Shown here one piece after another: positions 49,201 through 63,958 of a DNA stretch of 64,000 nucleotides (positions are counted from its first letter, which is position 1; each line of letters opens with the position of its first letter). Origin of the DNA: Botryllus schlosseri (Eukaryota); contig CM119372.1 of assembly GCA_051294905.1 (NCBI GenBank), forward strand, positions 37,574,001 to 37,638,000. The letters are read 5' to 3'. The notes beneath the pieces were generated by a model. That model was not told the DNA's origin and did no database searches. It saw nothing but the letters and a program-made list of their open reading frames with translations. The translations under genes were made by a program, and so were the position numbers.

Positions 49201-52200
49201 TTACTAACAGTTCAAGTGCGTGTTACTTCACAATAGAAAAAATATACATCGGTTCTAGGACGGTCGATCCGTCTCCACATAATACAATCTGTGGCCTACA
49301 CCAAATACCATGTTTTCTATGCTGGAACAGAGCCAGAGATGACCATTGGTTAATTTCAAGTGATGTTTTTAAATGGTTTCGAGGCTTTGTGTTTTGCATA
49401 ATTAAACGCCCCTTCTAAATATAAATAGCTTTACATTTTTGGCGGTTTCTGATTTGCCGTGATATCTTACTATGAACCAGAGTTGGTGGAAGTGATCGGC
49501 GTTGCTACTCAAGTAGCACAAGTAACGCCTCACATTTCTACTCAATTACTAGTAGAAGTAGTAATTTCCAAGACATGTCAAAATTACTAAACTACTAAAA
49601 TTCAGTAGATATCTAAGTATACTCGGTTGAGGGGATGGTGGTCGCGTACTCTCAACAGTTTACTCGGCGGTGGCTACATACGAAATCGCAAGATGTGTCT
49701 TCTCGGCTAACGCAAAAGGTCTATAATGACACTACCCGTTGTTAGAATCTTCGAAAAAAATGTTCAGTTACCGTGCTTTATGGGCTATGTCACGCAGTTC
49801 TAGTGATCATGCAACTCATGAGAGTGGTGCAGTCTTTTCCTTGAACTACTTTCTACTTTTCAAAATGCAAATTGCAAATTCCAAAATACTGTTCAGCTAG
49901 AAGTGGAAGTACTCTGGAAAGATATCATCTTCACTAAGTACTGCAAGTACGATAAATCTACTTGTCTACCCCGAAATGTAGTAAAATCAAAATTGATATT
50001 ATCTTCGAAACGTAACGTGGTAGAACAAAAATAATGCCAGATTCGTATTCAGCGCCTCCAAAGTAGGTATAATTGAACCAAAAGAAATCGTAGCGCAAAA
50101 ATCGTGTATACCAGGGATTCTCAAATCTACCTTAGAACACATTGAAATTTACTTCATTGAAAAGTACTGCAGTCTAAAAACAACTGATCCCGCAACGTAG
50201 TAATGTTTATTTTACTGGATATAATTCTTGTAAACAGTATGGGCTCGTCACGCGAATACCGCAATGACGCACGTGGTCGTCACGACACCAAGAGTTGCTG
50301 GTTCGAGTCTCGGCTCTGCCATGTGTCTATGTGTCGGAGGTTTATCTGAGCTCCTGATAGCCGATCCCGCAGTAAATACAGCGCCTTGAAAATCCAAGAG
50401 AAAGAGAGAGTTGAACTCTGGAAAGATGGCAGCAAAAGATGCGGGTGCATGAAAATCGAGAGATACTGATGATGCAAGAGCGCGTGCATGAAAGTCGTCC
50501 GTGATATGACGAAATGACAGTTAAAGACATCTGACATTACTGAATTAATGTACTGGGCGCAAATGACCCTACAGGCGATAAGCGCCAATGTTGTGTGAAT
50601 AAAATAAGTGGTCGTGTAAGACTATGTCAGAACACTTCATGGTGTCGCTCATAGATGGATAGCAAATTCAGGTTTCTGATGAAGACTCAGTCCAAGCAAA
50701 TTGCAAATCCAATTTTAGTGGCATCTCGCGACCCAAGCCTCACGCATCAAAAATATTGCGTTTGTAATACTAGTATGCTGCGATTTTACGGGCATCAATG
50801 ACATCGTGAGCGTGCACACAACAATTGTACGCAATACACCTCCACGACACGTGTCTGACGCACGCGATTTCAAATGGGTTTGAATTATATTCCTCTATTC
50901 GCGTCACATTTGTACTACCGCCTACTCAGATTGCCAGGCAGGGACGAGAAATTCAGTTGTAGTCAAATTTTTTTCGCGTGCGGCAGGATGAGACTTGCTG
51001 ATGCGCTGTGTGCCTGTCACCACACCATGAATAAACAGGCATGGTGCAAAAGGCCTCAGTTTGCCGAGAAGCGCCCCCTCCGCCTATACATACATACACA
51101 CTACACCAGCTTTCGAATCAAACTGTTGATTACGTAATAATTGCAGCGACCAAATGTTAATTCACTACGGCTGGTGCGAGACAAAGTAATTGTAAAAGCT
51201 ACAATTACAGGTGCGTCGTAAATCAAACAAGTGTTTACAATTGCGTCGCAACTACAAAAGTTAAGGAGCCATTGTACTTGAATTTTCTATTAGGTTTATT
51301 CAAATTATTCCATGTCTCATCTGCAACATGTTTTTCATTAGCACCGCAATTATTTTCATCAGCACAGGAACGTGCCATGTAACGGGTTGAAAAGCACTGA
51401 TCTATAGTATGGTATTATAGATGCGTAGTTGGATGAGTAGGCTAGGCCTACATTGTAGCCGGTGATATAGTGTTTATGACTACTATCGAAAATGTCGGGT
51501 TCCGCGAAAGCGTGCAGATTAGCGCAGGTCAATAATGGGTAATAACCACTGGTTTAGACCTTTATACCACCATATTATTTACGCACAAGGGATAATGCTT
51601 TCGACTAATCGCCTTCATAAACCTAGATGCGGTATTTTGTCACCGCAGCGCTTTGTTGATCTTCATTTCGGTAATCTCAGTCCGCATTCCATTTCTCTAA
51701 TTTGATATGAAGTTGACATATTTCCGGCCATTAGTACATCTAAACGCGACGCCATTACCGTTCGATGAGTGCATTACAATGTCTATGAACTAGAATTCAT
51801 GTAATCTGAACCACCGTTTCTCTTTTTATTTTCCTGCCCTCAATTGCTGCTGTGTCGAATTCCAAACGCTAAATGTTTTATACGGAATATCATTAGACAG
51901 AAAAAAAGAGTTAATATGTAGTTATGTCATATCCTATGTCAGGTGTGATCAAACTGTGTAAGCGAGAAAATTTTCGGTGTACGCAAGCATCTTCAATATT
52001 ATGGTATGAAGATTTCCGCAGCAGCGATTTTGACGTTTGCAAATAGCGAGAAAAAAAGTTTAAGCTTATTAAGTTGAGCGTTTATTAAGGCTTAAACCAC
52101 CATGCTTTTACATGACATTTACCGAAAATGGTGAATAATTTGACTCGCTAGCATCCAATAGCGAAAGTGTCCTCAAACCAATTATGATTGATCAATGTGA

Positions 52201-53088
52201 AATAGAACACTACAAATATCAGAGACATAATTTATTGTTTAATTGGCCTGAGGTCCCATTCCCATGTCAATCAAAATAACTGGCATCGTTGTAATATACC
52301 ATCTGTAAAATTAATAACAGGTACATTCCTATTTCTGCAGAAATGGTCCATATAGAAGGTGTTGCAGACTGTTTTTCACAATCCATCTTTCTTTGATATC
52401 TTCCTCCGAATTCAATCCAAATTGAGGGCTGAAATTTACGAACATAATAATTATACATCATAATAACTGCAAAGCAAGTAATCAGTAAATTGTTTCCAAC
52501 TGCTGCGTGGCAGAGTCGATAAACTTTATAATACGTTGATTGTGATGAGGTCAATTGTCAAATACTTTCCCGCAATTTTGCAACATTTATATCTACGTCA
52601 ATACTTGGTAAATTGAGACAAACAAACAATTATACTTCGTAATCACCCCGTAAATAACATCTATTATACTATTATGTATGCATAATATATGCATTTTATA
52701 ATTAAAGGAAAGGGGAGCTGTTATCTAGATATAACGTGCTCTATATTGAAGATGTGGGCGTGAAAATACTATTTGCCGCGGTCAATTCCTTGGAATCCAT
52801 TCGATCCGCGTTCGATCTGCAACGCATGATTTTAACGAGTTACCCTACCTAAGTTTGGCTATCTCTGTGGTATCGATGTAACTCGCCATAACACGTAATC
52901 GAAATCGAAATAATGCAATTGCGAAATTTCTGGCTATCATTTCCTCACTATTGCACTTTTCCGACTCGACCTCCGTCTCACTATCATTAATTTAGGAATT
53001 ACTTGCAAAATAAGTGATGTGTCACTAATTTTACCTCCACTTGATATGCAGCCGCACATACTATCATTGCAACTCGCAACATATATAC

Positions 53089-53519
53089 CAGTGGTTCCAA
53101 AAGTGGGCGATATCACTCCCAGTGGGGGCGATTTTTAGAAACAAAGGGGCGAAAGTACCAAAAGGGGCAATTGGTGGAAATGGGGGGAGATGTGAAAATA
53201 TCAGAACATCCACTAAGATATAGTGAAGCTGCACGGCCGAAAAAATGCACGTGAAGACGTCTTATTGTTTTTATGACGCGAAAAGTGCCTACAAAAAGGA
53301 CAATCCAACGGAAAGTAGACTAGTCGCGGAAACCAGTTTTCTGAGCACCGTCTCCGAAAAATGACCCTTTTTTAGTCGATTCACCAGCGATCAGAGTTAC
53401 GTGAATAAATTTCCCGTTTATATGTCCTCTTTTACGGATCCGTTAATGTTGGGGAGGGGCGAAAATTTATGTCGAGCTTGATAAAGGGGCAATGAGTCGA
53501 AAACTTTTGGGAACCAGTG
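53089..53519. mobile_element. GGGGGCG-rich Buster/Charlie MITE
   Basis: TIR CAGTGGTTCC / GGAACCAGTG, TSD ATATATAC/ATATACAC. Same family as 54499-54858. Confidence 0.8.
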
Positions 53520-53936
53520 ATATACACAGTCGACTCCGCTCAATGCGGATACCGCTTTATTCGGCAAAAACTAAACGTTACGCGTAAGAACTCCGGTTTA
53601 TTCGGATACATGGTTGCAATTTCCATCGTCAATTCATGGCACAATAAACAATACTTCTATCCTATTAACTCAAGGTGAGAGATTTCAGTCAAACAATGAC
53701 GATCCATGCAGTAAAAATCGTCAATGAACTCGTACTTCATATATTCACTTTTGATTGGATGCAATTGCATGCATCTTGTAGAACATATCGGTACACAAAT
53801 GTTTAGCAGAAAAAGCGAAATTGCTGACTAAATTAAACGAGGAACAAAGTAGAGACGTTCCTTGAAAGTTATATAGTTATATGTGTGCGTCGGCACGGAT
53901 ATCAAAAGTGCTATTTACACCCTGAATGCATGTCTT

Positions 53937-54980
53937 ACTGCCAGTAAAACTGCCCTCAAGCCGCTGCAAAAACTACATCATAAAGTACTCCGAATCATAG
54001 CTAGGGCCGCAAAGGGGCCTGGCTGACCATCCAACAAGTCGCTGCTGAAGAGATTCGGCGTCGTAAACATAGAAGATATACGGAAACAAGAAATCCCAAG
54101 TTTAGGTATCAGTTTCACGGCGTTCGTTGCCCCGAATATTTCAATGACTTCTTTACCTCTGAATGAAAAGCGCACAAGTACAACACACGCGCGTCTGCGT
54201 CGTCCAAGTATCATATGATCGACCGAAAAGATCATCGCTCTATCAAATATGCCGGACCTGATGTGTGGAACAGTATCCGGCCGGCTAACCGACAGTCGAC
54301 GAGCATGTCCACATTCAAGTCAAAATACAAGCAATTACTTCTAAATAAATACAGTCCATCCCCAAGATTACCGAACCACGACTGACCTAATGATCTCGCT
54401 TCCCCTGACATGCCGCCCTATTTCTTGTCGCTTCTTTTTCTATACTATCTTCTTTACTTCTATTCAGTGTGCATGCTTCCTCTTTACATCGCCTAGACCA
54501 GTGGTTCCCAACGTGGGCGATTTGGCGGTCTAGGGGGGCGAAAATGACGAAGGGGGCGATAGGGGGGCGAAAATGGACAAAGGGGGCGACAGGGGGCGAA
54601 AATAGCGAAGGAGGCGATGACGCGTTAAAACGGCTATATTGGAGTCAAGTCGGGGAAATGACCTTTCTTTTTTTAGTCAACCCACGAAAAATTGGTTGAA
54701 TAAGTGTAAAATTTGACATCGAGCTGAAAATTTGACCTTTTTTTTTTAGTCAACCCACCGGTGATTACAGTTTTTTCGGATCACAAAATTTGGGGGGGCG
54801 ATGATCGGTGTTGAACTTGAAAAGGGGGCGATCGGTCGAAAAAGGTTGGGAACCCCTGGCCTAGACCAAGGTGGGTGTCTGATTCCATAGACTACTCCAA
54901 GTCCCTTCGACATCTTCCTGTCTTTTCATTGTATTGCATTTTTGTGGTGTATCGAACTCATAAAAATTGCTGATAAACCA

Positions 54981-55025
<45 letters not shown>
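53937..55025 (+). mobile_element. 5'-truncated L2/CR1-group LINE (ORF2 C-terminus, 3' UTR, (GAT)n tail)
   Basis: LKPLQKLHHKVLRII ... HKYNTRAS ... RSIKYAGPDVWNSI ... FKSKYKQLLLNKY, stop at 54383-54385, with internal stops and a frameshift. (ATG)n tail at 54981-55025. Confidence 0.88.
54499..54858. mobile_element. Buster/Charlie MITE inserted in the LINE 3' UTR
   Basis: TIR CAGTGGTTCCCAAC / GTTGGGAACCCCTG, perfect TSD GCCTAGAC (54491-54498, 54859-54866). Confidence 0.92.
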
Positions 55026-58000
55026 TTACAGAGTAATACATAGTGCAGTATTTGTTGAATGTTAGTTACCGAAAATACCGTACAATACAACTAACCCAAA
55101 GTATGCGTGTAAAGCGATGCGTGCAGTATAGGGCATGTGCAATTATGTTACTACGCAACAGTACTGTATTTTGAATAAATTGTGCATCATTCTAATTACG
55201 CAAGACCATGAAGCGACCAATTAGTTTTCCGCTTTACTCGGTCAAAGCCGCTTCTCCGCTTGATTCCACCAAAAGTGAGCGGAGTCGACTGTATTTGTGT
55301 AATCAGTAATCTGTAGGGCGATTATTTTTTGACATTGCGAAAAGGTCAAAATTTGGACAATTTTGTATCGTTAGGTCAAAAAATTGTCGAAATTGTATAC
55401 AAATTTGCGAACTGCATTTCGTTGGTTTCGTAGTGGTTGCAGTGTCGGTCAACTTATCATTTGACATTATACACCTTGCAGTCTACTTTACGGGTTCGCT
55501 TTTGTAGATTTCCCTTCGTCTACTCAGTGTAACACATTAACTATGGAATAAAATGAAAAAAAGTTTACATGGCGGGATGATCAACACACCTCGAAAACGA
55601 ATTAAGTTAAAAGTAAGTTTTTCCAAGATCGCGCTGATATCTCATTTCTGAATCTGAAACTTGAGCACGTGGTGCACATTGGTTCTTATATCACAGTGTT
55701 TCTCAACGTATGGGTGGATAGCGAGATGTTAATAAAAGTAAGACTTGGGTTACAATCTAAAAAGTGCGACGTTGACAACATTGTCAGTATGAATCAACAG
55801 GTGTATTACTAGCACTCCAGCAGTATACACTGAACCTTAATGTTGCCAGCGAACAAGTGGGGGAGATGTGGTACCGATGAGACAGTGGCGCCGAAAATTC
55901 ACCGTGATAATCCCGTGATTACAGTACGCGAATTTGTCTACAATTGCATGCTCGCAGAATCTTTCCTCACATGCAAAAAACCTTCGACCTGTGTGAGTCA
56001 TGGGGTCTGTGACAGATGTTTTATGTTTTGGGGGTGTAAAATAAATTTGGATCGACGTAGACATTTTTTCTACATCACCTTTTACACTAACAAACCAGCC
56101 ATAGTTTTCAATGAGAAGTGTAGGGCTTGTATCAGGGTATACAATGCCACATATTTCTTAATTCAATACCATCCTTGAGTTGACTATTTTCAATTCAAAT
56201 ACAAAATTTATTGTGTGGGGGCCTATGTTACCATAGCCAAATCAAGCAAAATAGTTGGACCAACTAATCACTTAATAACAGAAACACGCCTACAGATATA
56301 GAGACGCCGCAAATCAAAGTTACCTGTGGTGTTTTATCGCTATAACGAGGTATTTGAAAGTCAAAATGTCGATTTACGGGGAATACGTTTGTGCCATTAA
56401 TTTTGTAAGTTTGGGCGGAAATCGAAACGTGATTTGACTCCAACATTTAAGTTGCTATAATATATTTTATTCTTGAAGAGGGTGACGAAACATTCTTCAT
56501 TGGTTTGCTGTAGCTTAGATTATAGTACACAACAAAACAATATGAAAAATTCGAGTTTTTGAGCGTATGTCTCTTAGGTTCAACGGCCGTGTGCCTTTGG
56601 ACTCACCGGAGGGGGGAGGGCGATAATACGTTCGAGAACATAATTTTAAACGTTCATAAATATTTTTTGAGAAGGTTGATATTCATGTAAATGTCCGCGA
56701 TAGGTAGAGCTTGGATCAAAGTGTTGAGCCAGCAAAAGATCTGCTATTCTCGGCTGAAGATCTGAGGTCCAGATATCATTTTGCAATTTTTTATCCATCG
56801 GTGGTACCACATCTCCCCTACTTCTGTGGAACGTTCTTCTTATTCATGCCAAGCTGCTTCGTAAGGACGGACAGTTCCAGCCAACCATTTTGAAAAGTAC
56901 TACAATTCCAACATTATGTGTTACAATGCTAATTTAAATACTTGAACAGTTTCTTGGAGGTACGGAACTTCAATATACAATATGAATATACTATTCAAAT
57001 AGAAACTTGCGTTCAAAATTTTGTGGAATGTTATTTTATAATGTCAAAAAATGTATAAATTAATTTTTCAGTGCAAAATCTTCCGTTTTACAGATCAGAA
57101 AAATATTCGCCTTGGTAATCACCATATTGACGGAGTTTCGGTTGCGATACCGGTACTGTACAAATGCCTATGATCTGGTGGAAATCAATGTAGATGCAAT
57201 CAGAAATGGTGAACTCAGAAGAAACATAGTAACGCAATCTTGTCGGATAATAAGACTCGTATAGTCTATGCTTACAATGTTCTATTACTTTCGCAATTAA
57301 ACTTCGTCGACACCTGTGGGAGGAAGATATAACCCACTCTTCATGTCCAATTGCATGCCATCTATAAAAAACAAAGTATATAAATATTAAAGGCGCTTTA
57401 TTATGTTGCTGAATAACTGTGTAAGAAACGTGGTTTTCAACCTTTTGGAGCATCACTCGCAATGTTCCTGCAAAAAAAATTGATCAGCGCAAACCTATTG
57501 AAAATTGATATACAATAAGAAAATGAATATATATATGCGTATACGCAACAATATTTTGTTCAGATGTACTACAAGTGGGCTACTGTTCTGGTCCAATTCT
57601 GGCTCAGCATAAGTGTGCTGCATCAGTAATTAAAAACTGTATTTTAAATATGGTTCAAGACCATTTCCAACTCAAAATGAATATTTCGTAATTCACAAAG
57701 TGACATCAATACGTTGTATTCAATTCTGCATCAACCAGACAAAGAGTGAAAGCCAGCCGATTCAATGTATTACTTGAAACATCCGAAAATGTATTTTTAC
57801 ATAAGGCTCATATTATGACTTACGAGTAGCCTATTATCAAGCTTCTAATAACCTACCGATTCTGGCAAGTCTTTATCTTGCTTTTGCGTACTCCTGAGAG
57901 ATTGACAGAATCCCAGAGCAACATGAAGCACAGTGCAAATTTTAATATCATCAATCTCATCGTTACTGCGTCAAAGAATTACTTCAAAACACAATACTAG

Positions 58001-58476
58001 ACAGACTTGTTCCTATAATAAATCAAATGCCTTTATGTCCGTAGTATGTAACTTGCGAAATGTCTGTGTAATTGGAACTTTCTTGCATGCAATCAAAGTA
58101 GCGACCATTGTTAATCACGTAGAAGTAGAAATAACACCGTCATTTTCACTGAATCATTTGTAAAAAGAGCGATTTCCAAGACATCTCAAAACTTCTTGAA
58201 GTACAGAGTGGAGGCATTCAATTAAGTAGTCTCTTTAAAAGTATGTTCCGTCGAGTTTTCGCATGCTTGTGATGGTAATCGGGGACGACTGCTTAAGAAA
58301 TGGCATGATACAACCAGCGCAAAATAACTGAGAACTGTACCAATAGGTGCAATTTTCGTAAATATATTGTGGTACCCTAAGCAGAGACTATGCCTCCCAG
58401 TTGTTAGGACAATTTTACTCATAAAACTGATGCAAACATACGGCAAAACCGCCTCCGAATTTAAAACATTCTAGGT

Positions 58477-59783
58477 CAGGGGCGGCCAGCCCATGGCCCA
58501 CGGGCCAAATGTGGCGCGCGAGAGGGTTTTGCGTGGCCCACGAGGTAATTCTCGAAATTGGTTATAACACTGGGTAAGATTGCAAGGCCAACAAAAATTT
58601 GATTAGCCTGACCGCAAAATTTGAAGATGACTAAAACATCAGTTCCGACGCACTGGCGCAACCAGTGGCCAGCCACATTTATCGCAGATCTTCGTATATG
58701 ACCATATAGTAGAAGATTTCTTAGAAGATTTATTTGACTTGAATATTTTCTTAGCACATCGCATGATTTATTGTCAATCGCTTTCTAGTATTGGAGCTCC
58801 CTCCTGAAAATTATATAAGCGCGAAATTTACATAACTGAGTCTAACTATATTCGCAATTAGGAGATAACGTGTCGTCCAACAAGCGACTTCGCTTGCGCG
58901 CTCGCAGCGAGATCGTCGGCGATTTAAACATTTGCACAAAATGATAGAGACATGTTCACCGAAATCTTCGATATTGCTATGTCTAAACGCCGAATAATCC
59001 TGTCCTTATCAAACGAGCACGATGGTACACAGAGGCGACCCCCAATATATGCAATTACCATATTTATTGTTCGAATTCATTCATTACGAAATGAATACAC
59101 ACTACACGATTGGTCACCAACCCAACGTGGTGTCTGCGGGTTAGTGGTAATCCGAGAAAACTAAATGAATTGCCCGCGGTCGCGGTAGCAAATATTCAAA
59201 TGAGAGATTTGAAAGTCGAAGCGGAGAGGGTTTTGTAAATGAGCAGCAGTTAAATGGGTCATTTGACGCTAAGGAACACAAGAACGGAGTTTTTGATCGG
59301 CTCATCGGTTTAACGGGAATCTAGTAAATATTCCCCCGAGTCTCGACGCAGAGACTGGCGCCTCGGCGCGCAGTGCAGCAACGCAGCTGAGCCCGGAGAA
59401 GCCGGTGTGAGTACCGATGAGTGAGAGTTTTCTGTTCTTGGTAAGGGACGGAAAGTCTGACCATTGCCCTGAATGTCTTAGAGTGAAGACATTCAGCTGA
59501 GCATGGATAAACGGTGGGGGTAACTAGTGGCCCGCCGCATTAATCAGTACCCAAGAAGTAGCTCTTGATTGGTGACCCCTGCACTACACAGTTGCACACA
59601 GAGTTTTCATGACGTAATTTTTATCAATTTTAAAGCGTGGTAATATAAGTCTTGTTTACAACGTTACCTAATTCGGTTCGCTCTTATCGGACGACTAAAA
59701 AAAGGTCATCAATATTCAAGTGGCCCGCGGAATGGTTCGTAAATCTCAGGTGGCCCTTTGACCGAAAAGGTTGGCCTTCCCTG
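58477..59783. mobile_element. Buster/Charlie MITE with a nested MITE at ~59108-59581
   Basis: TIR CAGGGGCGGCCA / TGGCCTTCCCTG, perfect TSD TTCTAGGT. The nested element is flanked by CACTACAC/CACTACAC-like repeats and is homologous to 5805-6746. Confidence 0.88.
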
Positions 59784-61243
59784 TTCTAGGTTTAAACATA
59801 ATTATTTCGCCTTAAGCACTGTAGGCTAAGTTGAAGTAAGAAGTGTATACAAGTAAAAGTTATTTAAGTATCAAAAATAAATATAATTTATTATTGATCT
59901 CCCATCAAAATAAACAACAAAGATTTACTGCTACAAGACTAATACTTTTGGTATCATGGTTCCGCACTTACCACCCACTAAGAAACGAAGCCGCGCCGTA
60001 GTACTACTGTATGACGCAAGTTGCAATCCATATCCTGCTTTATGTTACATATTACCAATACTCCAGCACAATTTGATAGAATATCGCGGCCACGCTCAGA
60101 AAGTCTATTTCTTCAAAATACTTCACATGAGAGCAGCCGTATAACTTAACATTTCACGTCCATCAACTTGAACTTCCTGACAGCGGCCTTCAAGAGGTCT
60201 TCAAGAACCCCTTGCGAGTATAAAGCAGATAATACTGATCAAGTTGCAAGTTCCTATCCCTGACTCATTTTTACTCTACTGCCGGCCCGAAGTGGGACAC
60301 ACTACTTTATACTACTTTCAAAAGCTTTTGTGCCGCATCATTCGTCCATACTTATGGCGATGTCGACGAACAAATATATTCGGTTTCAATGAGTCAATTA
60401 TGTTCTTTGTAATGCCGGAAACAATCAGTCGATAAATATTACACAGCTGTCATAATTATATGAGTGTACTTCCAAAATATTTTCCTAATCAAATAAATTG
60501 GCAACCCCGCTGAACGCTGTAAATTGACATAGGCTACAGGCTACATTATTTCCACTTTCAAATGCCTTATCCGCACACTGCCAAGCTTGGATCAAATCAC
60601 TTTAACGCAGTAGTTCACGACTGTGACTAACCTGTCGATTCCCTACACCAGTGTTTCTTAACTTTTTAGCGCTCGTACCCCTTGAGCTGTCATTAAATGT
60701 TTTTCGTACCCCCTATCTAGGATCGAAATAGCACTTTGTCAAGCCACTGCCAAAAGATAGTCTTTCAAGTGTTGGAATGACTCGAGTCATGTCTTGACTC
60801 GAGTGAATTTTTTCGTATGACTTGACTTGACTCGAGTAACTTTGCAAAAACGACTTGACTTGACTCGGCGCTTAAGAAATGTGGCTCGGAGCAAAATTCA
60901 CGAGTCAATTTAAAGTCACCAAGTGAACGGTGTCGAATAAATCACTGTATCGTGTTATGTTCTGATTGTTCGCGATAGGCTACACTGGTGTCACTTGTGA
61001 GAGCAACTATCGCCAGTGGTGGCCCGACGATTGGGAGGCCCTGGGCGAGACTGCCGGGGGGGGGGGGGGTGGGGGGCTATAAATATGTAATCAGTGAGCT
61101 GCCCACTTTTATGCCAATTGTTATTGTGCGACCCACCATGAGATACGACTATGAACGAATCAAAGACACATTATTTGGAAAAGAAACAATGGAGACATAT
61201 GCAGTTCACTATTAATGTGAAAGTTGAGCTTGTTTATTTGATA

Positions 61244-61633
61244 TCATCGGATCAAGTCTAGGCTTGATTGGCGACAAGCCAACAGGCAATGACGCAACGT
61301 GGCATTGAGATTGTCCGTTTTCAGACTGTTCCGGGCCTTGGATTTTGTTACAGCCACATTCGAAAAGCGCAACTCAAAAAGGTACCTAGTAGTGAACGGC
61401 AATGCAGATATTAAAGGGTATTCCTTGCTTGCGTGGATCCAGAATGAAGCAAGATCAGCTTCTTGATACCTGAGCTTGAGGGTGCTATCTTCATAAAGCT
61501 CCATGAGTTTATATTCAAGTTTTATTGGCAATGGCGCATCATCGGCTGTAGAATTAATATCAAATGGGTTCAAAATCCATAACTTTCCAGGGCGCGGATC
61601 CTCTGGGAAGTAGTATTTAAACTTATGCAGCAA
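61244..61633 (-). pseudogene. Buster/Charlie (ZBED8/SCAND3-like) hAT transposase C-terminal fragment
   Basis: WILNPF, LASFWIHASKEYP, LPFTTRYLFELRFS...KSKARNSL. The frame is cut upstream by a MITE end at ~61647. Confidence 0.85.
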
Positions 61634-62656
61634 TTGTTCTATGGTCAGCGGTTCTCCATCGGGGGTCCGCGAAGCAATTTAAGGGGATCCGCGAGACCTC
61701 TGAATTTTTAAAATGGCTGATAACCTAATTTTTATTTTATTTTTTAATTTGAGAAAGCATGAGGCAGTTTCGCACCACAACTGCTAAAACCTCATGACTC
61801 ATATCATCATAATAATCGTCTGACATGGCCAATCGTAGTGTGGAAACTCCGTTTCATTGCCAATTTCCCAATAACCTGCTGATACAAACATAGTGCTGTT
61901 TAGAGACGTTTTGTTGGGGTTTGTGGAAAAAATAAAAATATGGAGATAGTAACGTCAATCAGGGTGACTTCGTAATGTCTGCGAAACCTTCTCAATTTGA
62001 AGTTGTCAGTCTCATCAAATTAGTGAACAGTCGTTTGAAATAAAAATTTCCGAAGTATTTCCATAATTTGTACCAATGCTGGGAGCAGCTTCTTGGAGGT
62101 ACAGGACTTTAATACAATTGAATATTAATATTAAAATGGACCCGAATATTTTCTGCTGACACTCGTCATAAATCGAGCAATGATATACCTGCTCTTAAAG
62201 CTCGGCTATCAGATTTTGCGCGTTCTTATAGCGGATGCCCTATCGACAAGGCTGATTTTTTGATGAACAAGGAGTGTTTCGTTGCTATCAAAGCATTACG
62301 CTCCAACCCTGAAATTCATATCACTAGTTATATTGGTATACAGCCTTGTCTTGTTAATGTTCAATTCTTCATGGTCTAGAACAGTGATTCCCAACCGCGG
62401 CCCCGCGGGCCGCATGCGGCCCCCAGCTAGCCTTTCTGCGGCCCCCACAAAAATATTGAGAAATCGATTTATAAAAAAAAAATTATAATTATAAAATACT
62501 CTTGCTTGGGTTGGAGTCTGGAGTTTTCAATTAGGATTGCAGGAAAGTTGTGAGTAGACTGCTAAGATTACGTCACTGCTGTTTCAATGCCATGTGCCAT
62601 AACTTTCCAGTTGAACGAGCAGTACCTATAGATATAGGTATACATATAGGTATTGA

Positions 62657-63958
62657 CAGGACCGTAACTGCCGCACCCCAAGTCCCCAATTGGGGGGAAC
62701 GAGCTCGAAGGGGGCCCAAAATTATTTAGTGAATTAGCATGAATTATAGAGTATTTTATGAAATTTTATGCAACTTTTTCAAAAATTTTTCGCGCTGTGC
62801 GCGATTTCAGCTTTCCAAGTACCTTCATTATTGGATACTCTTCCACCAAGATAAAATACGCAAGATTTATAGAAGTGGGCATATCGGCGTTGGCCATTAC
62901 CGCGTCACGACGCACTAAGACATATAAAGTTTTAGGCCATATAACATGCGACTCCAATAAGTGTGCCAGAAGGATCGACAGCGAGAAAACCTTGGCCGAA
63001 AAGGACTGCCCTTACGCTGACCGGAAACTTCGTTATGTATATACAAAATACATATAGGTATAATTGACCAATGACCAATGACCATAGGCGACTAAATGAC
63101 TGGCGCCGAATATTCCTGTCTTGGCAATCTGAACCTCACGAGACAAATAGGCTACCATCCAGCAGGGAAGAATTATATGCCAGTGAAGAACTACCAATTT
63201 GAAATCGTGTGCATCTTTTAGTTTAGTACGTTTCGACGATTCTATATTTTTTGATATAGCAGACTGGAGGTTACGAAATAACATCATGTAACGAAATCGT
63301 ACCAGCGGGTCCGCCCGTCCGAATATGTTCAATTATTATTTACGGGCCCTACAGTTTCCAAGACTCCTCACTCAGCTCTACCGGTAAATCTAATTACGTG
63401 AGCAGAGAGGACAAGTAATTGATAGCAATATATATGCAATTCCTGATCTTATTGACCTATTTTATTTTGAATTGTCGATAATTTTCGCGCTCCACGCTGG
63501 CTCACTAAACGGTGATATTGATTTCGTGGCAGAAGCGAACAACGGGATGGGGGGTCGGTTTATCACCCTATGGGAGCTCAAGACCCAAGTGTTTTGAGGG
63601 GCCTGACGAAGTGCTGTTTCATTCCTGCCAACGGGTATACGCCCGAACATGTTTAATTATTATTGAGTGATCCTACCTTTTCAAACACAACTCACTCGGC
63701 TCCACCGGTCAATCTGATTACGTGAGGAGACAGAGGATAAAAATTGATACCAATATATTTTCAATTCCCGATTATATTGACCGATTCAATCACGAATTAT
63801 ATAAATTTTTCGCGCTTCGCGCCATTAGTCGATAGAAGCTGCATAAAACGGACACCCGATTTAGATGATAAATAGCGGTAAACAGCCATCTAGCCTGAGA
63901 GGGCAAGAGCAACGTTTGGGGGGGGGGGGGTGACTGACGAAGTGCTGTTACGGCCCTG
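62657..63958. mobile_element. hAT MITE with an internal ~325-bp tandem duplication
   Basis: TIR CAGG(A/G)CCGTAAC, TSD GGTATTGA/GGTATAGA. Duplicated units start at ~63369 and ~63693. Related ends at ~41160-41211 and ~6830-6882. Confidence 0.8.

Larger units (their letters stand above)
53527..55291. mobile_element. Tigger/pogo-like non-autonomous element hosting a LINE
   Basis: Perfect 16-bp TIR CAGTCGACTCCGCTCA, TA at the right flank (55292-55293). Confidence 0.8.

Noticed and set aside
50676..50700. Hammerhead-like CTGATGAAGACTCAGTC
   Set aside because: It lacks the following GAAA and the closing stems.
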